This document shows, piece after piece, positions 1 through 8,993 of a stretch of DNA of 51,689 nucleotides; position 1 is the first letter of the stretch; each line of letters opens with the position of its first letter. The translations under genes were made by a program, and so were the position numbers. The notes beneath the pieces are model-generated. The model worked only from the letters and a program-made list of their open reading frames with translations. It made no database searches and was not told where the DNA came from. Origin of the DNA: Anaerovoracaceae bacterium (GTDB lineage Bacteria; Cyanobacteriota; Vampirovibrionia; Gastranaerophilales; Gastranaerophilaceae); the NCBI GenBank assembly GCA_963602505.1, contig CAVCIX010000002.1:1-51689 (forward strand), read 5' to 3'.

Positions 1-133
1 AAATTTTTCATTTATTGTAAAACATAATCTGAATTGTTAAATAAAAGTTAAAAAAACGCGTTTTTTACAAAAAAAGAGTTATAACGTAAGTGTTGAAAGG
101 AAGATGTAAAAAACGTTTGAAAGGAGCGATATT

Positions 134-589
134 ATGAAATTTTTAGTTAGAAAAACACCAGACAATTTTATTAGAACTGTGAATGACGAAATCAGCTCTT
201 TGTTAAACAGACATTTTGATAGTTACTTCCCTGAAGCAAGTTACTGGGAAGACGCTGATACTTTGACAATGCCTGTCGAAATCACTGATAAAGGCGAAGA
301 ATACGATATCAGGGCTGAATTACCAGGAGTTAAAAAAGAAGATTTAGACATCGATATTGAAGAAAATTACTTGAAAATCAATGCTAAAAAACACGAAGAA
401 AAGGACGAAAAAGGAAAAAACTACAAACGTTCAGAATTTAGTTATGGCGAATTTTCAAGAGTAGTTCAATTACCTGAAGAAATTGATGTTGAAAAGACAG
501 AAGCTAAATTAGAATCAGGTGTATTGAAAATTATGGCTCCAAAAATGAGCAAAGAAAAACCTCAAACTAAAAAATTAGTTGTTAAATAG
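134..589 (+). CDS. Hsp20/alpha-crystallin family small heat shock protein
   Basis: 151 aa. Alpha-crystallin core (AELPGVKKEDLDIDIEENYLKINAKK ... GVLKIMAPK). AAGGAG RBS about 7 nt upstream of the ATG. Confidence 0.9.
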   Translation: MKFLVRKTPDNFIRTVNDEISSLLNRHFDSYFPEASYWEDADTLTMPVEITDKGEEYDIRAELPGVKKEDLDIDIEENYLKINAKKHEEKDEKGKNYKRSEFSYGEFSRVVQLPEEIDVEKTEAKLESGVLKIMAPKMSKEKPQTKKLVVK

Positions 590-611
590 ATTTAGCTCGA
601 CTATGAATAGT

Positions 612-642
612 AGAGGCGCCAGCTTTTCAAGCTGGCGCCTCT
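612..642. terminator. Bidirectional intrinsic terminator hairpin between convergent hsp20 and GNAT genes
   Basis: Perfect 14-bp inverted repeat agaggcgccagctt / aagctggcgcctct with a 3-nt loop and T-rich flank. Confidence 0.7.
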
Positions 643-646
643 TATT

Positions 647-1090
647 TTATAATTCTTTTTTCATCACGCAATATGGCATTTTTTCAAAACCTTGTTTTGT
701 ATAAACATGTAGCGCGTGAGCGTTTTCGTCTTCGGCTTCCAGTTTTAGAATTGTATTAGGATTTTCTTTTTCTATAAAGTCAATAAATTTAGGAATTATA
801 CCCAATCCTCGATATAGCGGTTTTAGGTATAAATCTTCAAGCCAAATGCAGAACTTGCCGAATTCTGTTGAAAAACTTTTAGAAATCATAGAATATCCAA
901 TTATTTCGTCGTCTTTGCAGATTGTATAACCTTTTAGAAATTCATTATCACTAATACACATATCAAAATCAACGTTAAAAATTTCGACGCTACCATTTGT
1001 AGATACTGCATCAGAGGCATAAAACACCTTCATCATAGAAACTATTTCATCTCTGTCGTTCTCTTGAAAGTTTTTAAATACAACTGTCAT
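647..1090 (-). CDS. GNAT family N-acetyltransferase
   Basis: 147 aa. Acetyl-CoA-binding-type segment (LKPLYRGLGIIPKFIDFIE) and C-terminal NAHALHVYTKQGFE, typical of the GNAT fold. Confidence 0.75.
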   Translation of the reverse strand: MTVVFKNFQENDRDEIVSMMKVFYASDAVSTNGSVEIFNVDFDMCISDNEFLKGYTICKDDEIIGYSMISKSFSTEFGKFCIWLEDLYLKPLYRGLGIIPKFIDFIEKENPNTILKLEAEDENAHALHVYTKQGFEKMPYCVMKKEL

Positions 1091-1152
1091 AAAAACTAAA
1101 TCCTATTTATTAACAAATAACTTCAACTAATAATTTACTTATATCACAAAAT

Positions 1153-1992
1153 TTATATTTTATTGAGCACGGTCAAAAAACTACTATCAACAGGTTCATT
1201 GTTGATATTCAGCTTTGCTAAATTAATATTATTCTTGTTTGTGCCGTGATAATCACTTCCACCACTGATTAATAAGTTATTCTCGTTTGCGCAATTTACA
1301 AGAAATTCACATTCTTGCATAGAGTATCTAGAATAGTAACATTCAAGCCCTTTTATACCAAATTTAATCATTTTTTCTAACTTCGGAAGAAATTCTTCTT
1401 TGCCAAAATGTTTTTCACCTTCGCCACCTAAAGGGTGCGCCCAGAAAGGAATACCACCTGATGAAATAATTGCATCAATTGCTTCATTAATATCAAAACG
1501 TGTTGGACCAGTTTTGCAAGGGTCTAAATATTTTTTCATTGCAGAAACATTATCTGTTGCAAGTCCGCGCGCTACAATTATGTTTGCAAGGTGCGTTTTA
1601 ACAACGCTTTCGCGAGAATACAACCAATCTCTTTCTGTGTCAGTTAAATTAATATTCCAAACCTCGCTCAAATATTTTATGCGTGTTTCAAGTTTTTGTT
1701 TTCTTAAATCTTTTCCTTTTTTAATCAAATTATTTAATTTTTCATCATAAGGATTGCAATTAAACCCCAAAATGTGGCATTTAATATCATTCGCAAGGCA
1801 GGTTAACTCAATACTTGGAATAAATTTTATGCTATCAGGAATAAGTGGTTCAATCTCCACGCAACCCTCAATTGTATCGTGGTCAGTTAGTGCAAAAACT
1901 TCAATCTTTGCTTGTTGAATTTTCTCAACAAGCTCTTGAAGATTATCGCTTCCATCAGAAAAATTGCTATGTACGTGTAAATCAGCTTTCAT
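1153..1992 (-). CDS. PHP domain metal-dependent phosphoesterase (TrpH/YciV-like)
   Basis: 279 aa. N-terminal DLHVHSNFSDGS and LTDHDT motifs, C-terminal GGSDYHG. Confidence 0.85.
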   Translation of the reverse strand: MKADLHVHSNFSDGSDNLQELVEKIQQAKIEVFALTDHDTIEGCVEIEPLIPDSIKFIPSIELTCLANDIKCHILGFNCNPYDEKLNNLIKKGKDLRKQKLETRIKYLSEVWNINLTDTERDWLYSRESVVKTHLANIIVARGLATDNVSAMKKYLDPCKTGPTRFDINEAIDAIISSGGIPFWAHPLGGEGEKHFGKEEFLPKLEKMIKFGIKGLECYYSRYSMQECEFLVNCANENNLLISGGSDYHGTNKNNINLAKLNINNEPVDSSFLTVLNKI

Positions 1993-2013
1993 AATTATAT
2001 TATAGTATAAAAG

Positions 2014-2047
2014 AGGGCGGATTTGTGCAAAAGCACAAATCCGCCCT
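2014..2047 (-). terminator. Intrinsic terminator ending the 7858-2072 minus-strand gene string
   Basis: 15-bp perfect stem agggcggatttgtgc / gcacaaatccgccct with a 4-nt loop. It lies just downstream (minus sense) of the stop at 2072. Confidence 0.65.
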
Positions 2048-2071
2048 TTATTTCTGCATTATATCTGAATT

Positions 2072-2218
2072 TTACATACCCATAAATTTTGCAACGAAGT
2101 ACATTAAAACACCTACTACGATTAAAAATAGCATAGAACTAATTGTTCCAGTAGCAAAATTTTCTTTGTAAATTTTAGGTGCGTGATTGTCATTGTGTGC
2201 GTTATTTTCGTTTGTCAT
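2072..2218 (-). CDS. Small membrane protein (hypothetical)
   Basis: Track ORF 2072..2260 trimmed to the ATG (MTNENNAH...) preceded by AAGGAG. 48 aa with one C-terminal hydrophobic helix. Confidence 0.45.
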   Translation of the reverse strand: MTNENNAHNDNHAPKIYKENFATGTISSMLFLIVVGVLMYFVAKFMGM

Positions 2219-2302
2219 TATAATTCTCCTTTTATTAATTTTTCGTGCCAAAATAAGCAAAGATAGCCCTTTGCGTTAAATAATTTATTATTTTTAGAAA
2301 AA

Positions 2303-2671
2303 TTAAGGAGCGTTAATGTATAACTCTGTCAAAAATAATTTTGGCGGAGTGTAAGAATTATATCTATAAAAACTATTTATTGCTGATAAAAAAACAAATC
2401 CTTTTGTTATAGGGTTTAAGTCAAAAGAATTGTGGTTCAATAAATCGACGCGTTTTCTTTGGGTCGCCGTTGTTAATTCTTGGTTTGAGTTTGCAACATA
2501 AATTGAATGAGTGTTGTTATCTGTTTCTAGATAGTTAAAACTCTTTTGAATACTTGCAGTTTGTTGTACAAAAGATGTCGGAATTGCATTGCAAACACTA
2601 ACGTTTGATTGAATAAACGCAATCAAACAATAACAAAGTATGAAAAATATAGTCGATTTTAAAATTTTCAC
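2303..2671 (-). CDS. Hypothetical secreted protein
   Basis: 122 aa with a signal-like N-terminus (IFFILCYCLIAFIQS). No family recognised. Confidence 0.45.
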   Translation of the reverse strand: MKILKSTIFFILCYCLIAFIQSNVSVCNAIPTSFVQQTASIQKSFNYLETDNNTHSIYVANSNQELTTATQRKRVDLLNHNSFDLNPITKGFVFLSAINSFYRYNSYTPPKLFLTELYINAP

Positions 2672-2726
2672 AAAAAAATTATACTTAACTAAAACATGCT
2701 TTGCAATAACCTTAGTGGAGAAAAAG

Positions 2727-3269
2727 TTAATTCCATTTTGTTTTGTCTAAAAACAGTTTTATCGCTTCTTTAAAGTTCTTTGGAGTATCAAGCGTTTCTG
2801 CAGTACTTTCGTAAGTCGGAGTAACTGGTTTGCCTTTTAGAATAAGTTTTTTGTATGAAATTAAAATAATAAAAATTACGACAGAAGAAATGCAAACCCA
2901 AAGCATTGCAAGTAAGAATTTAAAAACGGTATTAACAATATGACTTTTAGGTTTTTCGCTTTTTACTTTTTTATCAATTGCTTTTTGAATTTGACTATCT
3001 GCATTTGCATCTAAATTTGTTGCCTCAGTTGTGTTCAAGGCTGGATTTGCATTTGTGTTCGATGCGGTTTGAACTTGAACCTCAATATCTCCACTTGCAG
3101 GTGAAGTTGAAATATTTTGATTTATTTTAGCAGATTGCAGAACATCCTCATAAGAGGTTGAAACTGGCAACTGAGATTCGCCGACTGCATAAGTCGCAGT
3201 CGGGATTATGAATAATGAAGCAAGAATTAATATTGTTTTTAAAATACTATTCTTCAACTTTTTCCTCAC
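2727..3269 (-). CDS. Hypothetical exported/membrane-anchored protein
   Basis: Track ORF 2727..3407 trimmed to the GTG at 3269. This gives a classic signal peptide (RKKLKNSILKTILILASLFIIPTATYA/VGE). There is a C-terminal TM helix. The longer version would overlap the RNase tail by 160 nt. Confidence 0.5.
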   Translation of the reverse strand: MRKKLKNSILKTILILASLFIIPTATYAVGESQLPVSTSYEDVLQSAKINQNISTSPASGDIEVQVQTASNTNANPALNTTEATNLDANADSQIQKAIDKKVKSEKPKSHIVNTVFKFLLAMLWVCISSVVIFIILISYKKLILKGKPVTPTYESTAETLDTPKNFKEAIKLFLDKTKWN

Positions 3270-4992
3270 TAGTTGCTTTTTTAGCTCTTGGTTGACGTTT
3301 TGTTTTTGCTGCGCCTCTGTTTGGTCTGCGAGTTTTTTTAGGAGCTTCTTCTGTTTGTTGTTCTGCTGGAGCTTCTTCAACTTTTGCAGGTTGAGGTTGT
3401 TCAACAATAACAGGTTTAATTTCGTCTTCTTTTGTAATCATTGTTTCTGCAACTTGAACATTTGCATCTTCGTTAAGTTGTTTTTTATTGAAATTACGTT
3501 TGTTATTTGTACGTTTTTTATCGTTACGTTTTTTATTTTCCTCTTGAGCTGTAACTGACGGATTTTCAGTTGACATTTCAATCGGTTGAGATTGTTCTAA
3601 CTCTTGAGGTGCTTGTTGATTGTTGTTTTGGTTATTATTGTTGTTATTATTTTGTTTTTTGTTGTTATTGTTCTTTTTGAAACCGCTGATAGGTAATTTC
3701 ATTTTTGCAGCTTTTGCTCTGTATTCACCTTCAGAAGTTGGAGATGCAAATTTGAAATCTTCTACAATGTAACCTTCACCGTGGCAGTGTGGACATTTTT
3801 TAGCAAAAACTTCTGAAATTGCTTGACCTTGTCTGTGTCTTGTCATTTCAACAAGTCCTAAGTCTGACAATTGACCAACTTGAGGTTTTGCCTTGTCGTC
3901 TTCAATTGCAAGTTCAAGTTCTTCCATAATCGCTAATTTATCAACACGAGAAGTCATATCAATAAAGTCGATGATAATCATACCACCAATATTACGTAAA
4001 CGTAATTGACGAGCGATTTCATGAACTGCTTCAATATTTGTTTTTAGAATTGTTTCATCTTGAGTGGCAGAGCTTACGAATTTACCTGAGTTTACGTCAA
4101 TAACTGTAAGAGCTTCTGTTTGTTGAATAAACAAGTAACCGCCTGATGGCATATTAACCTTCATATTCAAGGCTGCACGAATTTCTTTATGTACGTTTGT
4201 CGCAATTAATAAAGGTTCGTTGCCTTTGTATAGCGTTACTTGAATATTTTTGCTCATGTGCCAGTTTTGCAATAAAGATTGAACTCTATTTAGCGCAAAA
4301 GCAGTATCTACAATAATTTCTGTAACATCTTCTGAGCAAGCTTCACGGATAACTCTGTATAACAAGTCTTGATCACGATAGATTAAGCTTGGCGGAGTTA
4401 AAGATTCAGCCGCAGTAACAATGTTGTTCCATTTTTCTAAAAGAATTTCTAAATCCTCTTGAATATCAGCTTCTGATTGACCTTCAGCTTCTGTTCTGAT
4501 AATAACACCTACACCTACTGGTTTTAACAAGCTAACAATAGATTTAAGTCTAGCACGTTCTTTTGAAGATTCAATCTTACGGCTAACGTTAATTCCAGGT
4601 TCAGACGGCATCAATACCAAGAATCTTCCTGGAAGACTTACTTCAGTTGTAACTCTAGGTCCTTTATGACCTGTAGGTTCTTTAACTACTTGCACTACAA
4701 GCTTTTGATTTGGTGAAAGTTTATCTTTTAATGCACCTTTGCCCATAACGTCTTGTGCGTGCAAAAAGCCCATTTTATCTACACCAACATCTACGAAAGC
4801 CGCGTCGATACTAGGTAAAACGTTTTGTACTGTTGCTAAGTAAACATCACCTAAAAGAACTTCACCACGGTTGATGTAAAGGTCTAAAACCTTGTCACCT
4901 TCCATTAAAGCGCCAATGTTATCACGTTCTGCAATTACAATTTTTTTAGAAGTTGGTTGTTCTTTTGAACCAAAATTTTTTTTGTCTTTCAT
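3247..4992 (-). CDS. Ribonuclease E/G family endoribonuclease
   Basis: 581 aa. Has an N-terminal S1 domain, the catalytic core (VIDVNSGKF, IIIDFIDM) and a Zn-link-type CPHCHGEGY. The tail is Asn/Lys/Glu-rich and low complexity. Confidence 0.9.
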   Translation of the reverse strand: MKDKKNFGSKEQPTSKKIVIAERDNIGALMEGDKVLDLYINRGEVLLGDVYLATVQNVLPSIDAAFVDVGVDKMGFLHAQDVMGKGALKDKLSPNQKLVVQVVKEPTGHKGPRVTTEVSLPGRFLVLMPSEPGINVSRKIESSKERARLKSIVSLLKPVGVGVIIRTEAEGQSEADIQEDLEILLEKWNNIVTAAESLTPPSLIYRDQDLLYRVIREACSEDVTEIIVDTAFALNRVQSLLQNWHMSKNIQVTLYKGNEPLLIATNVHKEIRAALNMKVNMPSGGYLFIQQTEALTVIDVNSGKFVSSATQDETILKTNIEAVHEIARQLRLRNIGGMIIIDFIDMTSRVDKLAIMEELELAIEDDKAKPQVGQLSDLGLVEMTRHRQGQAISEVFAKKCPHCHGEGYIVEDFKFASPTSEGEYRAKAAKMKLPISGFKKNNNNKKQNNNNNNNQNNNQQAPQELEQSQPIEMSTENPSVTAQEENKKRNDKKRTNNKRNFNKKQLNEDANVQVAETMITKEDEIKPVIVEQPQPAKVEEAPAEQQTEEAPKKTRRPNRGAAKTKRQPRAKKATSEEKVEE

Positions 4993-5009
4993 TTATAATT
5001 CCTTTTCTG

Positions 5010-7514
5010 TTATAACTCCAAGAAATCATTATCAAAAAATCTAAGTCGCTTAATATCAAAATGAGTATCTTCTGATATTAATTTAACAATATCATCTGCT
5101 CTAACCGCAGGAATATCGCTACTTTGCCCTGTTTTGAGTACCATATACAGAGAATCGCCTTCTATTTTATAAGATTTTATTGACGATTTGATATTTGAAG
5201 TTTTTAGTAAACCTTTTTTGTTTTTCTTCGTGAGTAAAATTTCATCACGAGATAAAACCATATCACAATTATACACAAAAGATTTGAAATTACAATCATC
5301 ATTTTTTATCAAGGAAATCTTGTATTCAGCCCATTGTGCAGTCTGGTCAATAGCTTTAGCTTGTTTTTCAATTTGTTTAATCGCTTTGATTGTACAACCT
5401 TGTGGTAAAAATTCACTCAAAGTATTTGAAAAATCTTCGCAAGAAATATTGTTCAAAAGTTCCACATCAATAAGTTCGCAATCACTTTCAATGAATAGCG
5501 GTAACGCAATACCCATAGACACTTTTGGAGTTGGGTTAAAGCCTTGAGTGAACGCTATTGGAAGCCCTGAACGCAAAATCGCTTTTTGGAATGTATTTTG
5601 CCAATCAAGATGTGAAAAATATCGCAAAATGCCCTGTTTTGTTACTTTTAAGCGGTATCTATAAGTTACAATTGTTGGCGCAGTTCTTGGATCAACCTGA
5701 ACGTGTTCTTTTTTTACATAGTGTTGTGCCTTATAAGGCTTATCAAGCACCTTGTGTACTTTTAAGTTTTTGCAAACACCACAATTTACGCATTTATGCT
5801 CGCAAGTTGGTTGAATTTCAGTTGAATTTGTTTGAACGAAAGCCTTGTTATATTCGTCGATAAGCCATTGTTTTTCTATACCAACATCAATAAAATTCCA
5901 AGGTAATTCCTTGTCGCGCGGAAATTCTTTTTTAGCAAGTTTTTTGATATCAATACCACATTCTACGGCAGTATCAGCCCAAACCTTCTTGTCAAAATAT
6001 TCGCCCCAAGCGTCCATATAACAACCTTTTTGATACAATTTTTCGATGTAATCGCATAAAGACGCATCACCACGAGTTAATACTGCCTCAATTTGCGACA
6101 CAAAACGTTCGTGGTAGTTAAGTTTTAGACCTTTTATGTGTTTTGTTTTTTCTTTCAGATAAATAATATGCTCCATAACCTCGTCCAAATCCATTTGTGG
6201 ACAGAATTGGAACGGAGTGAAAGGTTTTGGCACGAAAATTGAAAGCGTACAAGTTACGTCAAGTCCATGTTTTAAACCTTTTTCTTGTTTTATACCTCTG
6301 CATCTATAACGGATTTTCTCCATTAAAGCTGCCATTTCGTCCATATCTTCAAGAGTTTCGGTCGGCAAACCTACGATAAAGTAGAATTTAATTCGACTCC
6401 AGCCGTTTTCATATAAAGTCATAACGGCGTTTAAAATTTGTTCTTCCGAAATGTTCTTCTTGATTACGTTTCTAAGTCTTTGACTACCTGCCTCTGGCGC
6501 TAACGTCATTGTCGATTTTCTAACCGACTGAGTAAGCTCTGCTAATTCTAGATTAAAGTGGTCAATACGTTGACTTGGAAGCGATACACCGATTTTTTTC
6601 TCATCAAATTCGCAACTCAACTCTTTGATTACTTCAATAATATTTGAATAATCGTTAGAAGATAGCGAAAGTAGAGAATATTCGTCGTAACCTGTATTGT
6701 GTACAAGCTCTTTTGCTATTTTGATAATTTCTTCTGCTGGACGTTCGCGCACTGGAAGCGTAACGTGTCCTGGTTGACAGAAACGACACATTCTTCCGCA
6801 ACCACGTCGGATTTCCACGATTGCTCTATCATGAATAGAGGCAGAAAATGCAATTGGGTGCTTTGTTAAAGCTGTTTCGTAAGTTAGTGGTTCAACTCGT
6901 TTTTCGACTGTTCCGCCAACTTGAGCAGACCAAAAACCTTTATGCTTGCATAATTCTACAATACGCTCTTTTCTTGGAAGTCCTTTCGTTTGCTCTAAAA
7001 CCTCGCACATTTCAACAATAGCTTGTTCGCCATCACCAATTACAAATACGTCAATAAATTCAGACATTGGTAGAGGATTGAACGCGCAGGGTCCGCCAGC
7101 AGTTACGATTGGCTCGTCCTCTTTTCTGTCTTTGTTTCTGATAGAAATATTAGACATTTCAAGCATTTTTAAAATTGTCGGATAAGCAAGTTCGTATTGA
7201 ATAGAAAATCCTATTGCGTCGAATTTATTAAGCGGTTGTTTTGATTCCACTGCATAAAGTTGATGAGGCTTGAAATCAGGCTCTGGCGCGTATGCCCTGT
7301 CTGCCATAAAGTTTTCGCATTTGTTAATTTGATTGTATAAAATTCTTGCGCCTAGATTGCTTATACCAATTTCGTACTTGTCAGGGAAACACATTGCAAA
7401 ACGAACTGAGGCTTTGTCAAAATCTTTGTTCGCAGAAAAAATTTCCCCACCTACATATTGGTAAGGTTTTGAACAATTGTATAAACATTCGTGATATTCT
7501 TCAAAAAAATTCAA
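5010..7514 (-). CDS. B12-binding-domain radical SAM protein fused to a DUF2344-like C-terminal domain (TIGR03960/TIGR03936-type, from memory)
   Basis: 834 aa. CX3CX2C cluster motif (RRGCGRMCRFCQPG). The C-terminal part of about 230 aa is a separate domain. Only 17 nt separate it from the RNase E/G start. Confidence 0.8.
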   Translation of the reverse strand: MNFFEEYHECLYNCSKPYQYVGGEIFSANKDFDKASVRFAMCFPDKYEIGISNLGARILYNQINKCENFMADRAYAPEPDFKPHQLYAVESKQPLNKFDAIGFSIQYELAYPTILKMLEMSNISIRNKDRKEDEPIVTAGGPCAFNPLPMSEFIDVFVIGDGEQAIVEMCEVLEQTKGLPRKERIVELCKHKGFWSAQVGGTVEKRVEPLTYETALTKHPIAFSASIHDRAIVEIRRGCGRMCRFCQPGHVTLPVRERPAEEIIKIAKELVHNTGYDEYSLLSLSSNDYSNIIEVIKELSCEFDEKKIGVSLPSQRIDHFNLELAELTQSVRKSTMTLAPEAGSQRLRNVIKKNISEEQILNAVMTLYENGWSRIKFYFIVGLPTETLEDMDEMAALMEKIRYRCRGIKQEKGLKHGLDVTCTLSIFVPKPFTPFQFCPQMDLDEVMEHIIYLKEKTKHIKGLKLNYHERFVSQIEAVLTRGDASLCDYIEKLYQKGCYMDAWGEYFDKKVWADTAVECGIDIKKLAKKEFPRDKELPWNFIDVGIEKQWLIDEYNKAFVQTNSTEIQPTCEHKCVNCGVCKNLKVHKVLDKPYKAQHYVKKEHVQVDPRTAPTIVTYRYRLKVTKQGILRYFSHLDWQNTFQKAILRSGLPIAFTQGFNPTPKVSMGIALPLFIESDCELIDVELLNNISCEDFSNTLSEFLPQGCTIKAIKQIEKQAKAIDQTAQWAEYKISLIKNDDCNFKSFVYNCDMVLSRDEILLTKKNKKGLLKTSNIKSSIKSYKIEGDSLYMVLKTGQSSDIPAVRADDIVKLISEDTHFDIKRLRFFDNDFLEL

Positions 7515-7516
7515 TT

Positions 7517-7858
7517 TTATGCTAAACCTTCTGGAAAATATTTATCAATTTCAATAATAGTGCCATTAAGAGTGTTGTCGTTAAATTTCTCCATGAATTT
7601 GAATAATTCGTCGTTTCTAACGTCGTAATTGTACATCCAAACTTCACCGTTAACCTCACGCATTACTCTAACAATGTAGTGGCAACCTTGCGCGTATTTT
7701 TTCAATAGTGATGCGTTAAATTTCTTGTTGTTTTTATCCTTGTTGATTTTTACGTAATGAAAACCTTCAAAAAATCTAATTTGTTCTAATTCTTCTGGTG
7801 ATAGTGTTCTGTTTACTTTCGAGAACAAATCAATAACTTTATCGTCTTTATCTGTCAT
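7517..7858 (-). CDS. Hypothetical protein, first gene of the radical SAM/RNase operon
   Basis: Track ORF 7517..7900 trimmed to the ATG (MTDKDDKV...) preceded by AGAGGAAG. The stop lies 2 nt from the radical SAM start. Confidence 0.5.
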   Translation of the reverse strand: MTDKDDKVIDLFSKVNRTLSPEELEQIRFFEGFHYVKINKDKNNKKFNASLLKKYAQGCHYIVRVMREVNGEVWMYNYDVRNDELFKFMEKFNDNTLNGTIIEIDKYFPEGLA

Positions 7859-7905
7859 ATCTTCCTCTTTTTCTAAATAGTACAAAAAATATACAGGCAT
7901 GTAAA

Positions 7906-7942
7906 GTTCAGATTTGTATCGTTAAATTTCACAAATCTGAAC
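7906..7942. repeat. Perfect 12-bp inverted repeat (hairpin) at the host side of the island junction
   Basis: gttcagatttgt (7906-7917) and acaaatctgaac (7931-7942) with a 13-nt loop. Confidence 0.6.
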
Positions 7943-8270
7943 TAGACTAAATTTAGATGATAATTATACATTTTTATGCGTATAATTTTCTCAAACACAT
8001 ATTAAAATTTATCTCGGTTGTTCAAATAAGTAAAAATAAAAATCACTTCTAAATAAAAAGAATTGGAACACTAATTCCAACCTTTGTGTAGTTTCTGAAT
8101 CAATTAGAAATTTTCATGTCACAGGAATTTTGAAAAAATTTTTACCTAATTTTTCGGCACTCTTTCGGAGCAAAATTTCAAAATTGACTGCCCAAAATAA
8201 TCAAACCCTCTGTAATAATCAAAGCACTCACTAAAATACGGACACAGGACGGACATGGATAAAAACAAAA

Positions 8271-8297
8271 AGACCTGAAACATTGAGTGTCAGGTCT
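8271..8297. terminator. Bidirectional terminator-like hairpin
   Basis: agacctga / tcaggtct stem with an 11-nt loop, an A-run upstream and a T-run downstream. Confidence 0.55.
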
Positions 8298-8463
8298 TTT
8301 TATAATTTGGACTTAAAGAGGAGACGTTAGAACTTTTAGCAAGAAAACTATACGACTCTGTCCGAGATAAAAATAATGTTATCTTTTTTGAACGCCTTAA
8401 ACTTTTAAAAATTGCTTAGTTAATTTTTCAGCCGTAAATATTCCTTAAAAATATTCCAATACT

Positions 8464-8496
8464 AAAAAACCCCTAGCCGTAAAGCGTAGGGGTTTT
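8464..8496 (-). terminator. Intrinsic terminator downstream of the lysis cassette
   Basis: ccccta ... tagggg stem flanked by an A6 run (T6 on the minus strand) and T4. It lies 24 nt past the lysin stop. Confidence 0.6.
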
Positions 8497-8519
8497 AGAT
8501 AGATAAGGAGTATATGACA

Positions 8520-8978
8520 TTAAATCTTTTTAATAAAAATTTTTAAATCATTGAGTCTGTTTAGCCAGCCTTTTAAAAATATTTTCTGATTGCCGTATTT
8601 TGCAAACTCTCTATATTTTTCCTCTCTGGCTTTTATAAATTTCTCTGGGTCTTTCCATTGAGCGGCCTTTAAAAATTCTTGCACTCGTCCGACTCCCATA
8701 TTTACAGCCGTATCAAAAGCTAATACAGCGAAAATTTTAGACATTTTCTGACAGCCAGCTTTTAGCCAGTAGTTTTTATAGTAAATGTCCTCGACTTCTT
8801 TCTGAGAGATAAATTTTACATCTTTACGCTGTAATCCTTTTGATACAAGCCAGCTGTTATAAGTGCTTTGTGTAATTCCTTTATTAGTAGCTCCTCCTTT
8901 GTCGTTAGGGTTGTTGACGTAGCCTCCCTCCCACTTTAAAACAAAGTTTAGAGCTTTCTTAAATAATTCGTCTGACAT
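8520..8978 (-). CDS. Endolysin, glycoside hydrolase family 108-type lysozyme
   Basis: 152 aa. N-terminal FVLKWEGGYVNNPNDKGGATNKGITQSTY is the GH108 signature, including the EGGY catalytic region. Confidence 0.85.
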   Translation of the reverse strand: MSDELFKKALNFVLKWEGGYVNNPNDKGGATNKGITQSTYNSWLVSKGLQRKDVKFISQKEVEDIYYKNYWLKAGCQKMSKIFAVLAFDTAVNMGVGRVQEFLKAAQWKDPEKFIKAREEKYREFAKYGNQKIFLKGWLNRLNDLKIFIKKI

Positions 8979-8993
8979 TATTTACATCTCCTT

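Noticed and set aside
51-66. Palindrome aaaaaacgcgtttttt upstream of hsp20, and duplicated ttgaaagga (93-101, 116-124). These were considered as a terminator or an RNA thermometer.
   Set aside because: The palindrome has no loop and consists almost only of A:T pairs. I found no anti-SD sequence able to pair with the hsp20 RBS, so no thermometer can be supported.
1400-1750. Plus-strand 116-aa ORF inside the PHP gene. Similar antisense ORFs occur at 3208-3558, 5188-5547, 5558-5863, 6946-7185, 9313-9552, 13550-13777, 16392-16586, 20157-20453 and 21249-21527.
   Set aside because: Each lies entirely within a longer opposite-strand gene with clear family motifs. They have low-complexity or odd composition and no RBS, so they are shadow ORFs.
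3611-3675. Run of ttg/tta/ttt repeats that looks like a microsatellite.
   Set aside because: It encodes the Asn/Lys/Gln-rich tail of RNase E/G (NNNNKKQNNNNNNNQNNNQQ). This is low-complexity coding sequence, not a separate repeat element.
7900-8520. Searched for a direct repeat of the tRNA-Ala 3' segment, the classical att duplication, at the far end of the island.
   Set aside because: No match to the acceptor or T-arm sequence was seen by eye. The absence is used as weak support for serine-recombinase-type integration, not as a feature.
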